Source of the DNA: an uncultured Chloroflexia bacterium
GTDB lineage: Bacteria; Chloroflexota; Dehalococcoidia; UBA2979
Reading direction: 5' to 3'
Length of the DNA: 64,000 nt
Assembly: GCA_963728205.1 (NCBI GenBank)
Contig: CAVSIV010000002.1
Span: 256,001 to 320,000 of the forward strand
Of the stretch, positions 53,982 through 64,000 are shown piece after piece. The notes below the pieces were generated by a model that made no database searches, was not told the origin of the DNA, and saw only the letters and a list, made by a program, of their open reading frames with translations. Every line of letters starts with the position of its first letter. Position 1 is the first letter of the stretch. A program made the position numbers and the translations under genes.

Positions 53982-55874
53982 ATGCCCGAGCCATCGCTAG
54001 CCCACTACGGCGCCGTGCTCGCCCGCAACGTCGAGATGCGCGCCCGCGACGGCGTGCGCCTGGCCACCGACGTCTGGCGCCCGGCCGCGAACGGCGAGCC
54101 CCTGCCCGGCCCCTTCCCCGCCGTCATGATCCGTACGCCCTACGGACGCACGCTCGACCGCTACCAGCGCGAGGGTGAGTTCTGGGCCGCACGCGGCTAT
54201 CTCTTCGTCGTCCAGGACGTGCGCGGGCGCTTCGACTCCGAAGGCGACTTCGTCCTGCTCGCGAACGAGGGCGCGGACGGCTACGACGCCGTGGAGTGGG
54301 TCGCGGATCTCCCGTACTGCGACGGCAATGTCGGCACGTACGGGACGTCCTACTCCGGGTGGGTGCAGAACGCGCTCGCCATCCAGCGGCCGCCCCACCT
54401 GCGCGCGATGTGGGTGAACCAGGGGGGCTCGAACGGCAACGAGACGGCGCTGCGCCACTACGGCGTGCTCGAGCTGCGCTGGCTCACCTGGGCGGTCAGC
54501 CACGGCGCGACGTCGCCCGAGGCGCAGCGCGACCCGTCGCTGGCGCGGGAGCTGCAGCAGCACACCGTCGACATGTATGACTGGCTGCGGCGCCTGCCCT
54601 GGCACGAGGGCAACTCGCCGCTCACGCGCCTGCCGGGCTACGAGGCGTGGGCGCGCGACCTCTACGAACACGCGGACGGCGGCGACGCCTACTGGCAGTC
54701 GTCGGGCCGCAACTTCGCGCCCTACCTCGAGGTCACCGCCGACGTGCCGACCGTCTACTCCGGCGGCTGGTACGACTCCTACACGCGCGCCACGACCGAC
54801 ATGTACGCGACGCTCGCCGGCCGGCTCGGGGAGCAGCGACTGCTGATGGGGCCGTGGACGCACGGGGACGTCGCGCTCGACCGGCGCTGGTCCGGCGAGG
54901 TCGACCTCGGCCCGGCCGCGTCGATCGCCGGGAACCTGGCGCGCGACCGGCGCCATCTGCAGCTGCGCTGGTTCGATCGCTGGCTGAAGGGAGTGCGCGA
55001 CGGCGTCGACGAGGAGCCGCCGGTGCGGATCTTCGTGATGGGCGGCGGCAGCGGCGAGCGCACGCCCGAGGGGCGCCTGCTGCACGGCGGCGCCTGGCGC
55101 GACGAGCCGGCCTGGCCGCTCGCCCGCGCGGTCCCGACGCCGTTCTACTTCCGGCAGGGCGGCGGACTGGACCGCGAGCCGCCGGGAGCGGACGAGGAGG
55201 CGTCGACGCTCGTCTTCGACCCGGCGGACCCGCTCCCGACGATCTCCGCGAACACGTCGTCGCTCAACGAGGTCGTTCCGACGCCGGCGCGCGTCACGCT
55301 GCCGTCGCCGATCACGCTCGTGCGCGTGATGGTGGTGCAGGGCGGCGCCGACCAGCGCACCCGCGCGGACCTCCACGGCTGCCGCCCGCCGTACGGCCCG
55401 CTCGAGGAGCGCGCCGACGTCCTCTCCTTCACCTCCGCCCCGCTGGCGGAGGACGTCGAGGTCACGGGGCCGATCGAGGCGATGCTCTACCTCTCGTCCG
55501 ACGTGCCCGACACGGACGTCTTCGTGATGCTGCAGGACGTCTACCCCCCGAGCGCCGACTGGCCGGAGGGCTACCGCCTCAACGTCGCCGACGGCATCAT
55601 GCGCGCCCGCTACCGCGAGGCGATGGACCGCCCGGTGCTGATGGAGCCCGGCGAGGTGTACGAGCTGCGGTTCCAGCTCTACCCGACGAGCAACCGCTTC
55701 GTCGCCGGGCACCGCATCCAGGTGCTCGTCTCGTCGTCGTCATTCCCGCGCTTCGACGTCAACCCGAACACCGGCGAGCCGGCCGGCCGCCACACGCGGA
55801 CGCAGGTCGCGCGCAACACAATCCACCACGCTGCCGCGCACCCGTCGCGCGTGACCCTGCCGGTCGTGCCGTAG
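53982..55874 (+). CDS. CocE/NonD family serine hydrolase
   Basis: [25 protein letters not shown] (nucleophile), GGWYD and GPWTH; GGAGGAG RBS. Confidence 0.93.
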   Translation: MPEPSLAHYGAVLARNVEMRARDGVRLATDVWRPAANGEPLPGPFPAVMIRTPYGRTLDRYQREGEFWAARGYLFVVQDVRGRFDSEGDFVLLANEGADGYDAVEWVADLPYCDGNVGTYGTSYSGWVQNALAIQRPPHLRAMWVNQGGSNGNETALRHYGVLELRWLTWAVSHGATSPEAQRDPSLARELQQHTVDMYDWLRRLPWHEGNSPLTRLPGYEAWARDLYEHADGGDAYWQSSGRNFAPYLEVTADVPTVYSGGWYDSYTRATTDMYATLAGRLGEQRLLMGPWTHGDVALDRRWSGEVDLGPAASIAGNLARDRRHLQLRWFDRWLKGVRDGVDEEPPVRIFVMGGGSGERTPEGRLLHGGAWRDEPAWPLARAVPTPFYFRQGGGLDREPPGADEEASTLVFDPADPLPTISANTSSLNEVVPTPARVTLPSPITLVRVMVVQGGADQRTRADLHGCRPPYGPLEERADVLSFTSAPLAEDVEVTGPIEAMLYLSSDVPDTDVFVMLQDVYPPSADWPEGYRLNVADGIMRARYREAMDRPVLMEPGEVYELRFQLYPTSNRFVAGHRIQVLVSSSSFPRFDVNPNTGEPAGRHTRTQVARNTIHHAAAHPSRVTLPVVP

Positions 55875-55885
55875 GCGGACTCCCC

Positions 55886-57214
55886 CTACCCCGCGACGAC
55901 GGCGTCCTCCATCGCGTCCGGGTCGAGATACGGCAGCAGCGCGTCGAGCAGGTCTGTCTCCGAGTCGAGCGTCCGCCCGAGCCCGGACAGCAACCCCATC
56001 ACGCGAGCGATCAGGATGACGTCGCCCGGGACCTCGACCAGCGGGTTGTTGCGCAGCGTGCGCCCGATGCGCGCGTTGATCTCCGCCACCATCTCCTGGT
56101 CGGCGTACGCCTGGCCCGATCGCAGCACGTCCCCGAGAAACGCCTGGCCGATCGCCGCATAGGTGTCATCGTCGCGGCTGCGCGTGCGGAAGCCCATGCC
56201 CTCCATCGTGATGCCGATGGCGTCCGGCTGCTCGGCGATGATCGCGCTGGTCAGCACGATCAGCTGCTCGCGGAACTCGTCGGGCAGATCCTTCGTGATG
56301 CCGAAGTCGACCAGGCCGATCTTCGGCGGGTCGCCCGGAACGACGAAGAGGTTCCCCGGGTGCGGGTCGGCATGGAACATGCCGTGCCGCAGGATCATCG
56401 TGTTGTAGAGGTCCGTCAGATGGTCGGCGACGTACTGCGTCGAGATGCCGGCGGCGCGAATGCGCTGCACGTCGCTGATCTTGATGCCGTCGATGTAGTC
56501 CATCGTCAGCACACGGCGCGACGAACGCGTCCAGTCGATGCCCGGCACCACCACATCGTCGCGCCCCGCGAGCAGCGCGGCGAGCTGCTCGGCGGCCTTG
56601 CCCTCGTGGATGAAGTCGACCTCGAACGGGGCGTTGCGCTCCATCTCCTCGACGACGGGGCGAAAGTCGATGACGGTCTCGAAGCGCGCCCAGACGTTGG
56701 CGAGCAGCCGGATCGCCTTGAGGTCCCAGCGCACGATGCGCTCGATCCCCGGGTACTGGACCTTCACCGCGACGTCGCGGCCCTCGTGCGTGCGCGCCCG
56801 GTAGACCTGCGCCAGCGACGCGGCCGCGACCGGCCGCGGATTGAACTCCGCGTAGAGCGCGTCGATCGGTGCGCCCAGCTCCCGCTCGATCAGCGGGCGC
56901 ATCTCCGACCACGGCCGCGGCGGCACCTGGTCGTGGAGCCGCGACAGCGTGAGCACGTACTCGTCCATCAGGATGTCGGCGCGGCTGCCGAGGAACTGGC
57001 AGGTCTTGATGATCAGGCCCTGCTGCTTGATCGCGCGGTTGACGATCGAGCGCGCGGCGTGCTGGTGGAAGCGGTGCGACGCCTCGGCCATGCGCTCGAC
57101 GCCGAAGAGCCGCCGCTTCAGGCGCAGCCAGCGCCAGCGCAGCCACAGCCCGACCACGGTCGCGGCGAGCGGGAGCGTCCGCCGCCAGCGGCCGTAGGGA
57201 GGCCGGATGGGCAT
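55886..57214 (-). CDS. ABC1/AarF/UbiB family atypical kinase
   Basis: AAASLAQVYRA, VAVKVQYP, FHADPHPGN and VDFG. Confidence 0.93.
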   Translation of the reverse strand: MPIRPPYGRWRRTLPLAATVVGLWLRWRWLRLKRRLFGVERMAEASHRFHQHAARSIVNRAIKQQGLIIKTCQFLGSRADILMDEYVLTLSRLHDQVPPRPWSEMRPLIERELGAPIDALYAEFNPRPVAAASLAQVYRARTHEGRDVAVKVQYPGIERIVRWDLKAIRLLANVWARFETVIDFRPVVEEMERNAPFEVDFIHEGKAAEQLAALLAGRDDVVVPGIDWTRSSRRVLTMDYIDGIKISDVQRIRAAGISTQYVADHLTDLYNTMILRHGMFHADPHPGNLFVVPGDPPKIGLVDFGITKDLPDEFREQLIVLTSAIIAEQPDAIGITMEGMGFRTRSRDDDTYAAIGQAFLGDVLRSGQAYADQEMVAEINARIGRTLRNNPLVEVPGDVILIARVMGLLSGLGRTLDSETDLLDALLPYLDPDAMEDAVVAG

Positions 57215-57442
57215 CTCTGTCGCTTCAAGGGATGCGGAACGAGCGTCGAACACAGGTGCGCTCCAGGAGGTCGGTGGGTTCGCGATCCACGATATCGCGA
57301 CCTTCGCGGCCGCGCCCTGTCCGGTCGCCGACACGGCGCCGGGTGTCGCGGTCCACCACGCCCACGCGGCTGGCGGGACGCCGCGCGCGTCCGATAGGCT
57401 GCGTCTCGCAGCCACTCGCGAACCGTTGATCGGGAGCCGCGG

Positions 57443-58648
57443 ATCGCCTTCTTCAACCCCGGCCGCCCGTCCTACGCGCAGGACCCATATCCCTCGCTCG
57501 CGCGGCTGCGCGCGGACGATCCCGTCTTCCGCAGCCGCGATCTCGACGCGTGGGTGCTGACCCGCTACGAGGACTGCCTCGCAGTGCTGCGCGACGGCGA
57601 GCGGTTCGCCTCGGACACCGCGCGCGCCGCCGGGCGGCTCGGCGATCACGTGCGCGGCCTGCGCCGGCTCTCGCCGCTCGGCGACCACCCACTGTTCGGC
57701 CAGACCGACCCGCCGGATCACCCGCGGCTGCGCTCGATCATCAACCGCGCGTTCACCCCCCGCGTGATCGAGGCGCACCGACCGCGCGTGCGCGCCGTGG
57801 TCGACGAGCTGCTCGACGCGCTCCCCGCGGGGGAGCCGTTCGACTTCATGACGACCGTCGCCGAGCGCCTGCCCGTGCTCGTGATCGGCGACCTGCTGGG
57901 GCTCGACGCAGAGAGCCGCGGTCCGGTCCGCGAGCGCGCCCAGGCGATCATGCAAGCCGTCTCCGAGGACCAGCTCACGCCGGCGCAGCGCCGCGCGGCC
58001 GATGACGCCACCGCGTGGCTGCGCGACTTCCTCGCGCGCTACGCGCAGGAGCACGGCGACGAACCGGAACGGCGGCTCATCCGCATCCTGCTCGACGCCG
58101 AGGCCGAGGGCGGCCGCCTCAGCGACGAGGAGCTGCTCGCGTTCACCGTCTTCCTGTACTCCGCGGGCAGCGGCCCGACGGCCGGGCTGCTCGGCAACGG
58201 GCTCGTCGCGCTCCTGCAGCACCCCGACGAGCTGGCGCGGCTGCGCGCGCAGCCCGACCTCGTGATGCCCGCGACCGACGAGCTACTGCGCTACGACAGC
58301 CCGACGCAGGTGCTGATTCGCGTCGCCGCGGCGGACGTGCAGGTCGGCCGCCGGCGCATCGCCGCCGGCGACACGCTGCTGGTGATGACCGGCGCCGCGA
58401 ACCGCGACCCCGAGGCGTTCCCGGAGCCCGATCACCTCGACGTGACGCGCGAGCGTGCGAGCCGCCACCTGAGCTTCGGCTACGGATCGCACTTCTGCCT
58501 GGGCGCTCCCCTCGCGCAGCTCGAGGCGGACGAGCTCCTGCGCGCGCTGTTCGAGCGCTTCCCGTCGCTCGCCATCGCCGCGAACGGCCTCGAGCGCGGC
58601 GGGACGTTCCTCATCCGCGTCCCGCGCCGCCTCGTGCTGCTCCCCTAG
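57443..58648 (+). CDS. Cytochrome P450 with an atypical I-helix; start appears to be ATC
   Basis: DPPDHPRLR, ELLR and FGYGSHFCLG. The frame is open upstream of the track's GTG 57554 and aligns with the N-terminus of the next P450. Confidence 0.88.
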   Translation: MAFFNPGRPSYAQDPYPSLARLRADDPVFRSRDLDAWVLTRYEDCLAVLRDGERFASDTARAAGRLGDHVRGLRRLSPLGDHPLFGQTDPPDHPRLRSIINRAFTPRVIEAHRPRVRAVVDELLDALPAGEPFDFMTTVAERLPVLVIGDLLGLDAESRGPVRERAQAIMQAVSEDQLTPAQRRAADDATAWLRDFLARYAQEHGDEPERRLIRILLDAEAEGGRLSDEELLAFTVFLYSAGSGPTAGLLGNGLVALLQHPDELARLRAQPDLVMPATDELLRYDSPTQVLIRVAAADVQVGRRRIAAGDTLLVMTGAANRDPEAFPEPDHLDVTRERASRHLSFGYGSHFCLGAPLAQLEADELLRALFERFPSLAIAANGLERGGTFLIRVPRRLVLLP

Positions 58649-58731
58649 CCGGTCGCCGGCGGCGGCAGACACGCCGCCGCTTGCGATGCGCGGGAACTCC
58701 CGCGCGCCGATCGCGCTACGATCGACCAGCG

Positions 58732-59933
58732 ATGGTCCTCTTCAACCCCTTCGTTCCCTCCTACCGGCAGAACCCCTACCGGCAGCTCGCCCGCCTCCGC
58801 GAGGCGGAGCCCGTGCACCGCAGCCCCGCGCTCCAGGCGTGGGTCTGCACGCGCTACGCCGACTGCCTGCAGATCTTCCGCGACCCCGAGACGTTCTCCT
58901 CCGACGGGCTCGTCGCGCGCGGCCAGCTCGCGGACGCGCTCCAGGAGCAGCGCCGCGCGTCGCCCCTCGGCGAGGCGCGCACGATGCTCACGACCGATCC
59001 CCGGATCACACGCGCCTGCGCGGCATCGTGAACCGCGCGTTCACGGCGCGCCGCGTCGCGGCGTTGCGGCCCCGCATCGAGGAGATCACGGCGTCCCTGC
59101 TCGCGGCCGTCCCGGCGGCCGGCGAGTTCGAGTTGATGCGTGGCCTCGCGCAGCCGCTCCCCGTCATCGTGATCGCGGAGCTGCTCGGCGTGCCGTCCGG
59201 GGACCGCGACCGCTTCAAGCAGTGGTCGAACGCGATCGCGCAGACCACGAGCCTGTTGCAGTCCGAGACGATCCGCGACGACGCCCGCCAGGCGACCCGC
59301 GAGCTCGTCGACTACTTCAACGTGATCGTGGACGCCCGTCGCCGCGAGCCGCGCGACGACCTGCTGTCGGCGCTCGTGCAGGCCCAGGACGAGGGGCGCC
59401 GCCTCTCGCACGACGAGGTGCTCGCGTTCGCCATCCTCCTGCTCGTCGCCGGCAACGAGACGACGACGAACCTGATCGGCGGCGGCACGCTCGCGCTGGC
59501 GGAGCACCCCGACCAGCAGCGTCTGCTGCGCGAGCGGCCCGAGCTCCGTCAGCGCGCGATCGAGGAGATGCTGCGCTACGACAGCCCCGTGCAGGGCGTC
59601 GTCCGCTTCGCGCGCCACGCAACCAGCGTCGGCGGCGTCGCGATCGCGGCCGGCGACATCCTGCTGGCGATGGTCGGCGGCGCCAACCGCGATCCCGAGC
59701 AGTTCTCGGACGCGGACCGCTTCGATGTGACGCGCGAGGAGAACCGCCACCTGTCGTTCGGGATGGGGCCCCACTTCTGCCTGGGCGCCCCGCTCGCGCG
59801 GCTCGAGGCGGACGTCGCCTTCGGCGCGCTGCTCGCGCGCTTCCCGGAACTCCGCATCGGCGAGGGCGGTTCCGAACGCGGCGGCACGTTCCTGCTGCGG
59901 GGCCCGTCGCGCGTCGCGCTCGCCGTGGGATAG
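58732..59933 (+). CDS. Cytochrome P450; one apparent frameshift near 59000
   Basis: MVLFNPFVPSY... in one frame, then DHTRLR, AGNETT, EMLR and FGMGPHFCLG in another. Adding one C to the C-run at about 58999-59002 restores DPPDH. Confidence 0.88.
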
Positions 59934-59942
59934 GGGAGCGGC

Positions 59943-62027
59943 TCAGCCCGCCGTCGCCGGCTGCTCGCCGGTCGCGATCACCGGACGCGGCATCGGCACC
60001 GTGGCGCCGGAGAAGATCGCCTGGACGTCCTCGACTGCGTCGCGCGCCGCGATCACCGTGACGCGGTCGCCGGCCGAGAGCCGCGTGTGGCCGCGCGGGA
60101 TCAGCGTCGCGCCGTGGCGTCGCACCGCGACCACGACGGCATCCTCCGTGATGCGCACCTCGCTCAGCAGGTGGCCGTTCAGCGCCGATCCGCGGTCGAC
60201 GCGCAGGTCGAGGTAGCGCACGTCGTCGCTCGTCACGGCCGTGAGACGCCCGCGGCGCCGGCGGCGGTCCGTCTCGTCCATCGCCGACGCGTAGGCGTTC
60301 GTGATGTCGGAGCGGCGCAGCAGCCCGCACACGATGCGCGGACGTTCGCGCAGCACCACGGGCAGCGTGTGCAGCGAGCGCCCCGCGAAGAGGGTGAGCG
60401 CCTGGTGCAGTGTCTGGTCGGGGAAGATCGTGAAGAGGTCGCGCGTGGCGATCTCGAGCGCGGTCGTGCCCTCCTGCGCGGTCGCCAGCGCTTCGTTGAC
60501 GTCGGTGTCCGTGATCACGCCGCGCAGCTCGCCGCTGTCCTCGTCGATCACGAGCGCGAGCGCGTCGCGATCGCCGGCCATCGCGCGGGCGACGTCGGCC
60601 ACCGGCGTCGCGGGCGCGACGGTGATCGCGGCGGGGGACATGGCGTCGGCGACGCGGAGCGCCTGCATCACGTTCGCGGGGAACGTGTCTTCCTCGATCT
60701 GCACGCCGCGGCGCGTCAGCTTGATCGTGTAGATCGTGCCCTTGCTCAGCAGCTGGGAGACGACGGTCGCGGTCGCGACGGCGGTCATCAGCGGGAGCAT
60801 CAGCCCGTACTCGCGCGTGAGCTCGAAGATCACGAGCACCGCGGTGATCGGCGCGCGCGTCGCGGCGGCGAACACGGCCGCCATGCCGACCGTCGCGTAC
60901 GCGCCGCCCGGCGCCGTCTGGCCGGGCAGCAGGGCGTGCACGATCGCGCCGTAGGCGCCGCCGAGCATCGCGCCCAGGAACAGCGACGGCCGGAAGATGC
61001 CACCGCTCCCCCCGCTGCCGAGCGTGACCGAGGTCGCGACGAGCTTCAGCCCGAACAGCAGCGCCATCCCCCGAGCGACCATGTCGCCGTCGAGCGCCTC
61101 CTCGACCGCGTCCTCGCCCAGCCCGAGCACGCCGCTGTCGATCAGCCCGAGCGTGCCCACGATCAACCCGCCGATCACCGGCATCCACACGCCCGGCGGG
61201 AACGCGAGTCCGTTGAAGCGGTCCTCGGTCCAGTACAGGACGTGGATGAAGGCGACGCCGCCGATCGCGGCGAGCCCGCCGAGCACCGCGTAGAACGGGA
61301 TCTCCACCGCGTGCTCGAGCCCGTACGCCGGAATCGCGATCGCCGGCGCATCGCCCCGCAGCGTGACGGCCGTCGCCGTCGCGATCACCGAAGCAAGGAC
61401 GACGACGCTGAAGTTGCGCGTGTTGAATCGGCGCAGGATGACCTCGAGCGAAAAGAACACGCCGGCGATCGGGGCGTTGAAGGTCGCGGCGATGCCGCCG
61501 GCCGCGCCGGCCGCCACGAGCAGCTTCACGTTCTCCTCGCTCAGGCGCAGCCACTGGCCCACGGTCGAGCCGAAGGCAGAGCCGATCTGCACGATCGGGC
61601 CCTCGCGACCGACCGACCCGCCGGAGCCGATCGTGAGCGCGGCGGCGATCGAGGTCGCGGCGGCGACGCGCGGGCGAATGCGCCCGCCCTGCGTCTCGAC
61701 CGCGAGCATGACCTCGGGCACGCCGTGGCCGCGCGTCTCGGGCGCGAAGATGCGCGTGATCGGGCCCACGAGGACCGCGCCCAGGGCCGGCGCGAGCAGC
61801 CACCGCCAGTCCGGGAGCGCGCTCATCCACGTCCCGACCAGCATCTCGACGAAGAACCAGTGCACCGCGTGGATGAGGTACGAGAACCCGACCGCGCCGA
61901 AGCCGGCGACGAGGCCGACGACCGCGGCAACCGCCATCGGGCCGCCGCGCGGCGACCGCTCGACCAGGCCGCCGAGCCGCCGGCTCGCGACCTGTGCCGA
62001 TCGCAGCGCGCCATTCGTGAGGGTCAC
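59943..62027 (-). CDS. ClC chloride channel/transporter with CBS pair and TrkA-C domain
   Basis: GHGVPE, GREGP, FNAP, GGIFRP and IYTIKL; CBS pair; VVAVRR...LIPRG (TrkA-C). Confidence 0.93.
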   Translation of the reverse strand: MTLTNGALRSAQVASRRLGGLVERSPRGGPMAVAAVVGLVAGFGAVGFSYLIHAVHWFFVEMLVGTWMSALPDWRWLLAPALGAVLVGPITRIFAPETRGHGVPEVMLAVETQGGRIRPRVAAATSIAAALTIGSGGSVGREGPIVQIGSAFGSTVGQWLRLSEENVKLLVAAGAAGGIAATFNAPIAGVFFSLEVILRRFNTRNFSVVVLASVIATATAVTLRGDAPAIAIPAYGLEHAVEIPFYAVLGGLAAIGGVAFIHVLYWTEDRFNGLAFPPGVWMPVIGGLIVGTLGLIDSGVLGLGEDAVEEALDGDMVARGMALLFGLKLVATSVTLGSGGSGGIFRPSLFLGAMLGGAYGAIVHALLPGQTAPGGAYATVGMAAVFAAATRAPITAVLVIFELTREYGLMLPLMTAVATATVVSQLLSKGTIYTIKLTRRGVQIEEDTFPANVMQALRVADAMSPAAITVAPATPVADVARAMAGDRDALALVIDEDSGELRGVITDTDVNEALATAQEGTTALEIATRDLFTIFPDQTLHQALTLFAGRSLHTLPVVLRERPRIVCGLLRRSDITNAYASAMDETDRRRRRGRLTAVTSDDVRYLDLRVDRGSALNGHLLSEVRITEDAVVVAVRRHGATLIPRGHTRLSAGDRVTVIAARDAVEDVQAIFSGATVPMPRPVIATGEQPATAG

Positions 62028-62157
62028 GGTGCCGGCATCGTAACCTGATCAACGCTGTCGGCAAATTCAGCGAGGTTTCCAGGGTGTGGGTCACGTTTCC
62101 GCGCACCGCCCGCGCGGAGCGGACCGGCTCCGTAGAATGGCCCGGGAAGGATGCGCC

Positions 62158-62511
62158 GTGGCCTACGACCCGGACAACGTCTTCGCGAAGATCCTGCGCG
62201 GTGAGATCCCGAGCGACCGCGTCTACGAGGACGATGAGTTCGTCGCATTCCGCGACATCGCCCCCGCCGCGCCGGTGCACGTCGTGATGGTGCCGCGCGG
62301 CGAACCGCCGACCGCGCCCGCCGGACTCGCGGACGCGGATGCCGAGTGGGTGGGGCGCATGGTCGTGCGCGCGACGCGCGTCGCCGCGCAGCAGGGCCTC
62401 GAGCAGGACGGCTATCGCATCGTCTTCAACTCTGGCGAGGCGGCGGGCCAGACCGTCCCGCACCTGCATCTGCACATCCTCGGCGGCCGCCCGCTGGGAC
62501 CGCTGGCGTGA
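62158..62511 (+). CDS. HIT family nucleotide-binding protein (HINT)
   Basis: VFAKILRGEIP, AFRDIAP and GQTVPHLHLHILGG; TAGAAT and GAAGGA upstream. Confidence 0.93.
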   Translation: MAYDPDNVFAKILRGEIPSDRVYEDDEFVAFRDIAPAAPVHVVMVPRGEPPTAPAGLADADAEWVGRMVVRATRVAAQQGLEQDGYRIVFNSGEAAGQTVPHLHLHILGGRPLGPLA

Positions 62512-62641
62512 GCCCCGACCGAGATGCGATGGGTTTCCCCGATTCGCAGCATCGGGGCCGTCCCTTAAGGTGTCCTCCCGACCCGCGAGGGCGCAGGTTG
62601 CGTCCGGGCGCGCGGGACGGTGCACCGAGGGGCCATCGCCC

Positions 62642-63295
62642 ATGATGCCGCCCACCAGGATCGCTCCCGCCGCGGAGCAGCCCGACGCGATCCTCGACGC
62701 ACTGCTCTACTCGGTATCGCACGATCTGCGGTCGCCCCTGCTCACGCTCTCGCTCAGCGCCGAGCTGATCCGCGAGGCCGTCCCCGCCGCCGCCGCGCAC
62801 GATCCCGGCGCGGCCGGGGTCGCGCTGGACGCGCTCAAGCACGGTGCGCAGGACCTCGAGCGCATGCTGCACGCGCTCACGGTCGTGTCGCGCGCGCGGC
62901 GCCGCCCGCTCGAGCCGCGCGTCGTTTCACTGCGGATGCTGCTCGGCGGGCACATCGTGATCTCCGACGCCGTCGCGCCCGAGCGGGTACGCGTGCGGCT
63001 CGACCCCGAGCCCTTCCGCGAGCTCCTCGACCGTCTCTGCGGCGAGGACCCCGCGGAGATCCAGCTCACGTCGACCGACCATCACGTCGTCTGCCGCATC
63101 CCAGCGCGCGTCGAGCTGCCACCACTGGACGGCTCCCCGCTGATCGAGCTGTCCCGGTCGCTGCAGATGCACGCCGGCACCGTGGTCGAGGATCTCGCCT
63201 CGTTCCAGGTGCAGCTGGCGCGCCTCGACGTCGCCACCGAGGTGGGCGAAGGCGCTGTTCGCGTCTGGCTGCCGCTGGCGCAGGAAACGCGCTGA
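62642..63295 (+). CDS. HisKA (H-box) protein with a degenerate ATPase region
   Basis: YSVSHDLRSPL H-box; no sensor domain; no recognisable N/G1/G2 boxes. Confidence 0.7.
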   Translation: MMPPTRIAPAAEQPDAILDALLYSVSHDLRSPLLTLSLSAELIREAVPAAAAHDPGAAGVALDALKHGAQDLERMLHALTVVSRARRRPLEPRVVSLRMLLGGHIVISDAVAPERVRVRLDPEPFRELLDRLCGEDPAEIQLTSTDHHVVCRIPARVELPPLDGSPLIELSRSLQMHAGTVVEDLASFQVQLARLDVATEVGEGAVRVWLPLAQETR

Positions 63296-63699
63296 TGGTC
63301 ACGGGCGGTCAGCGGCGCATCGTGATCGTCGACGACGACATCGACCATGCCATCATCATCCGACGTGTGCTCGCCGGCATCGCGCCGGACGCGGCGGTCG
63401 ACGTGATGACCGACCCGCGCCACATCGACGAACGGCTGCGCGACGTCCCGGACGGCGCGCTCCTGCTGATGGACCGCATGCTCGCCGGCCACGAGTCGAT
63501 CCCGTTCCTGTCGGGGCTGCTCGAGCGCCGCCCCGACCTCAGCGTCGTGCTGCTCTCCGCGGCGCTCCTCGACAGCGACCGCGACCGCGCGCTCCGCGCC
63601 GGCGCCATCGCAGCCGCCGAGAAGCCGGCGACGCTCGCCGGCTGGCGCGAGCTGCTCTCCGACCTGCTTCACCGTCACGGCGCGAGCGAGGTGGCCTGA
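63295..63699 (+). CDS. Stand-alone response regulator receiver
   Basis: VIVDDD, LLMD, VVLLS and EKP; TGATG coupling to the upstream gene. Confidence 0.85.
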   Translation: MVTGGQRRIVIVDDDIDHAIIIRRVLAGIAPDAAVDVMTDPRHIDERLRDVPDGALLLMDRMLAGHESIPFLSGLLERRPDLSVVLLSAALLDSDRDRALRAGAIAAAEKPATLAGWRELLSDLLHRHGASEVA

Positions 63700-63803
63700 C
63701 CGCCCGTGATGGCGCGCGCGCGTCCGTCGCGCCTCGCCGCCCCCGCCGGCGGTCGGCGCGTCGACCCGGCGGCCGCCCGAGTTCGCCCACGGGCGACGCT
63801 CCC

Positions 63804-63809
63804 TATACT
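63804..63809 (+). promoter_or_regulatory. -10 element for the tRNA
   Basis: TATACT 14 nt upstream of the tRNA in otherwise GC-rich DNA. Confidence 0.6.
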
Positions 63810-63823
63810 GGCGGCGGCTCCCG

Positions 63824-63897
63824 GGGCCCGTAGCTCAGCGGCCTAGAGCAGTCGGCTCATAACCGATCGGTCCCAGGTTCGAATCCTGGCGGGCCCA
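63824..63897 (+). tRNA. tRNA with CAT anticodon, most likely tRNA-Ile2 (lysidine); elongator Met not excluded
   Basis: GGGCCCG/CGGGCCC acceptor stem fully paired (so not an initiator); GTCGG-CTCATAA-CCGAT arm; GGTTCGAATCC; CCA not encoded. Confidence 0.92.
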
Positions 63898-64000
63898 CAC
63901 CCGGGCGGGAAGAGACCCGTGACGCAGCACCACGTCCTCGACGGCACCCGCCGCGCGCTCGCCGACCACGGGCCGCGCGCGCTGCCACTCGACGGCCGTC

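Noticed and set aside
58995-59005. Programmed frameshift or phase variation in the second P450 (and at 6457 in paralogue B)
   Set aside because: Single-base indels in short C/G runs with no slippery heptamer; sequencing or assembly error is the simpler explanation.
63919-64000. Start of a CDS at the window end (VTQHHVLDG...)
   Set aside because: Only 27 codons are visible, too short to support a call.

Overview
High-GC bacterial DNA, most consistent with a Chloroflexota (Dehalococcoidia-like) genome; the taxonomy is inferred from gene content, not proven. No CRISPR array, rRNA, integrase or transposase was recognised. There are three zones. (1) 1-17.5 kb: a tRNA-Gly(TCC) followed by four paralogous large secreted proteins (A 2955-5572 and B 5878-8437 on minus, both frameshifted; C 10733-15118 and D 15207-17459 on plus). 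They share a C-terminal module: an HPxHHP motif, a domain ending in T-x-H-[LF]-S that resembles GAIN/ZU5-type autoproteolysis sites, and 'IPGAP..VN' repeats. The same IPGAP motif ends an unrelated secreted glycoside hydrolase/SH3 protein upstream. (2) About 21.5-48.5 kb: a dense hypoxia/dormancy-type island with six universal-stress-domain genes, Hsp20, a PAS-PAS kinase, a DosS/DosR-like two-component pair, NirK with an SCO fusion, OtsA, AckA, an archaeal-type GAPDH and a GNAT/acyl-CoA ligase. A DosR-box-like 14-mer (GTGACCTTCGTCCC and variants) recurs in its intergenic regions and upstream of the surface-protein paralogues. (3) 48.6-64 kb: catabolic and housekeeping genes (FAD/Fe-S oxidoreductase, thioesterase, Zn-ADH, CocE, ABC1 kinase, two tandem P450s, ClC, HIT, a degenerate kinase with a receiver protein, tRNA-CAT). 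Several single-base frameshifts sit in short homopolymer runs and may be sequencing errors.
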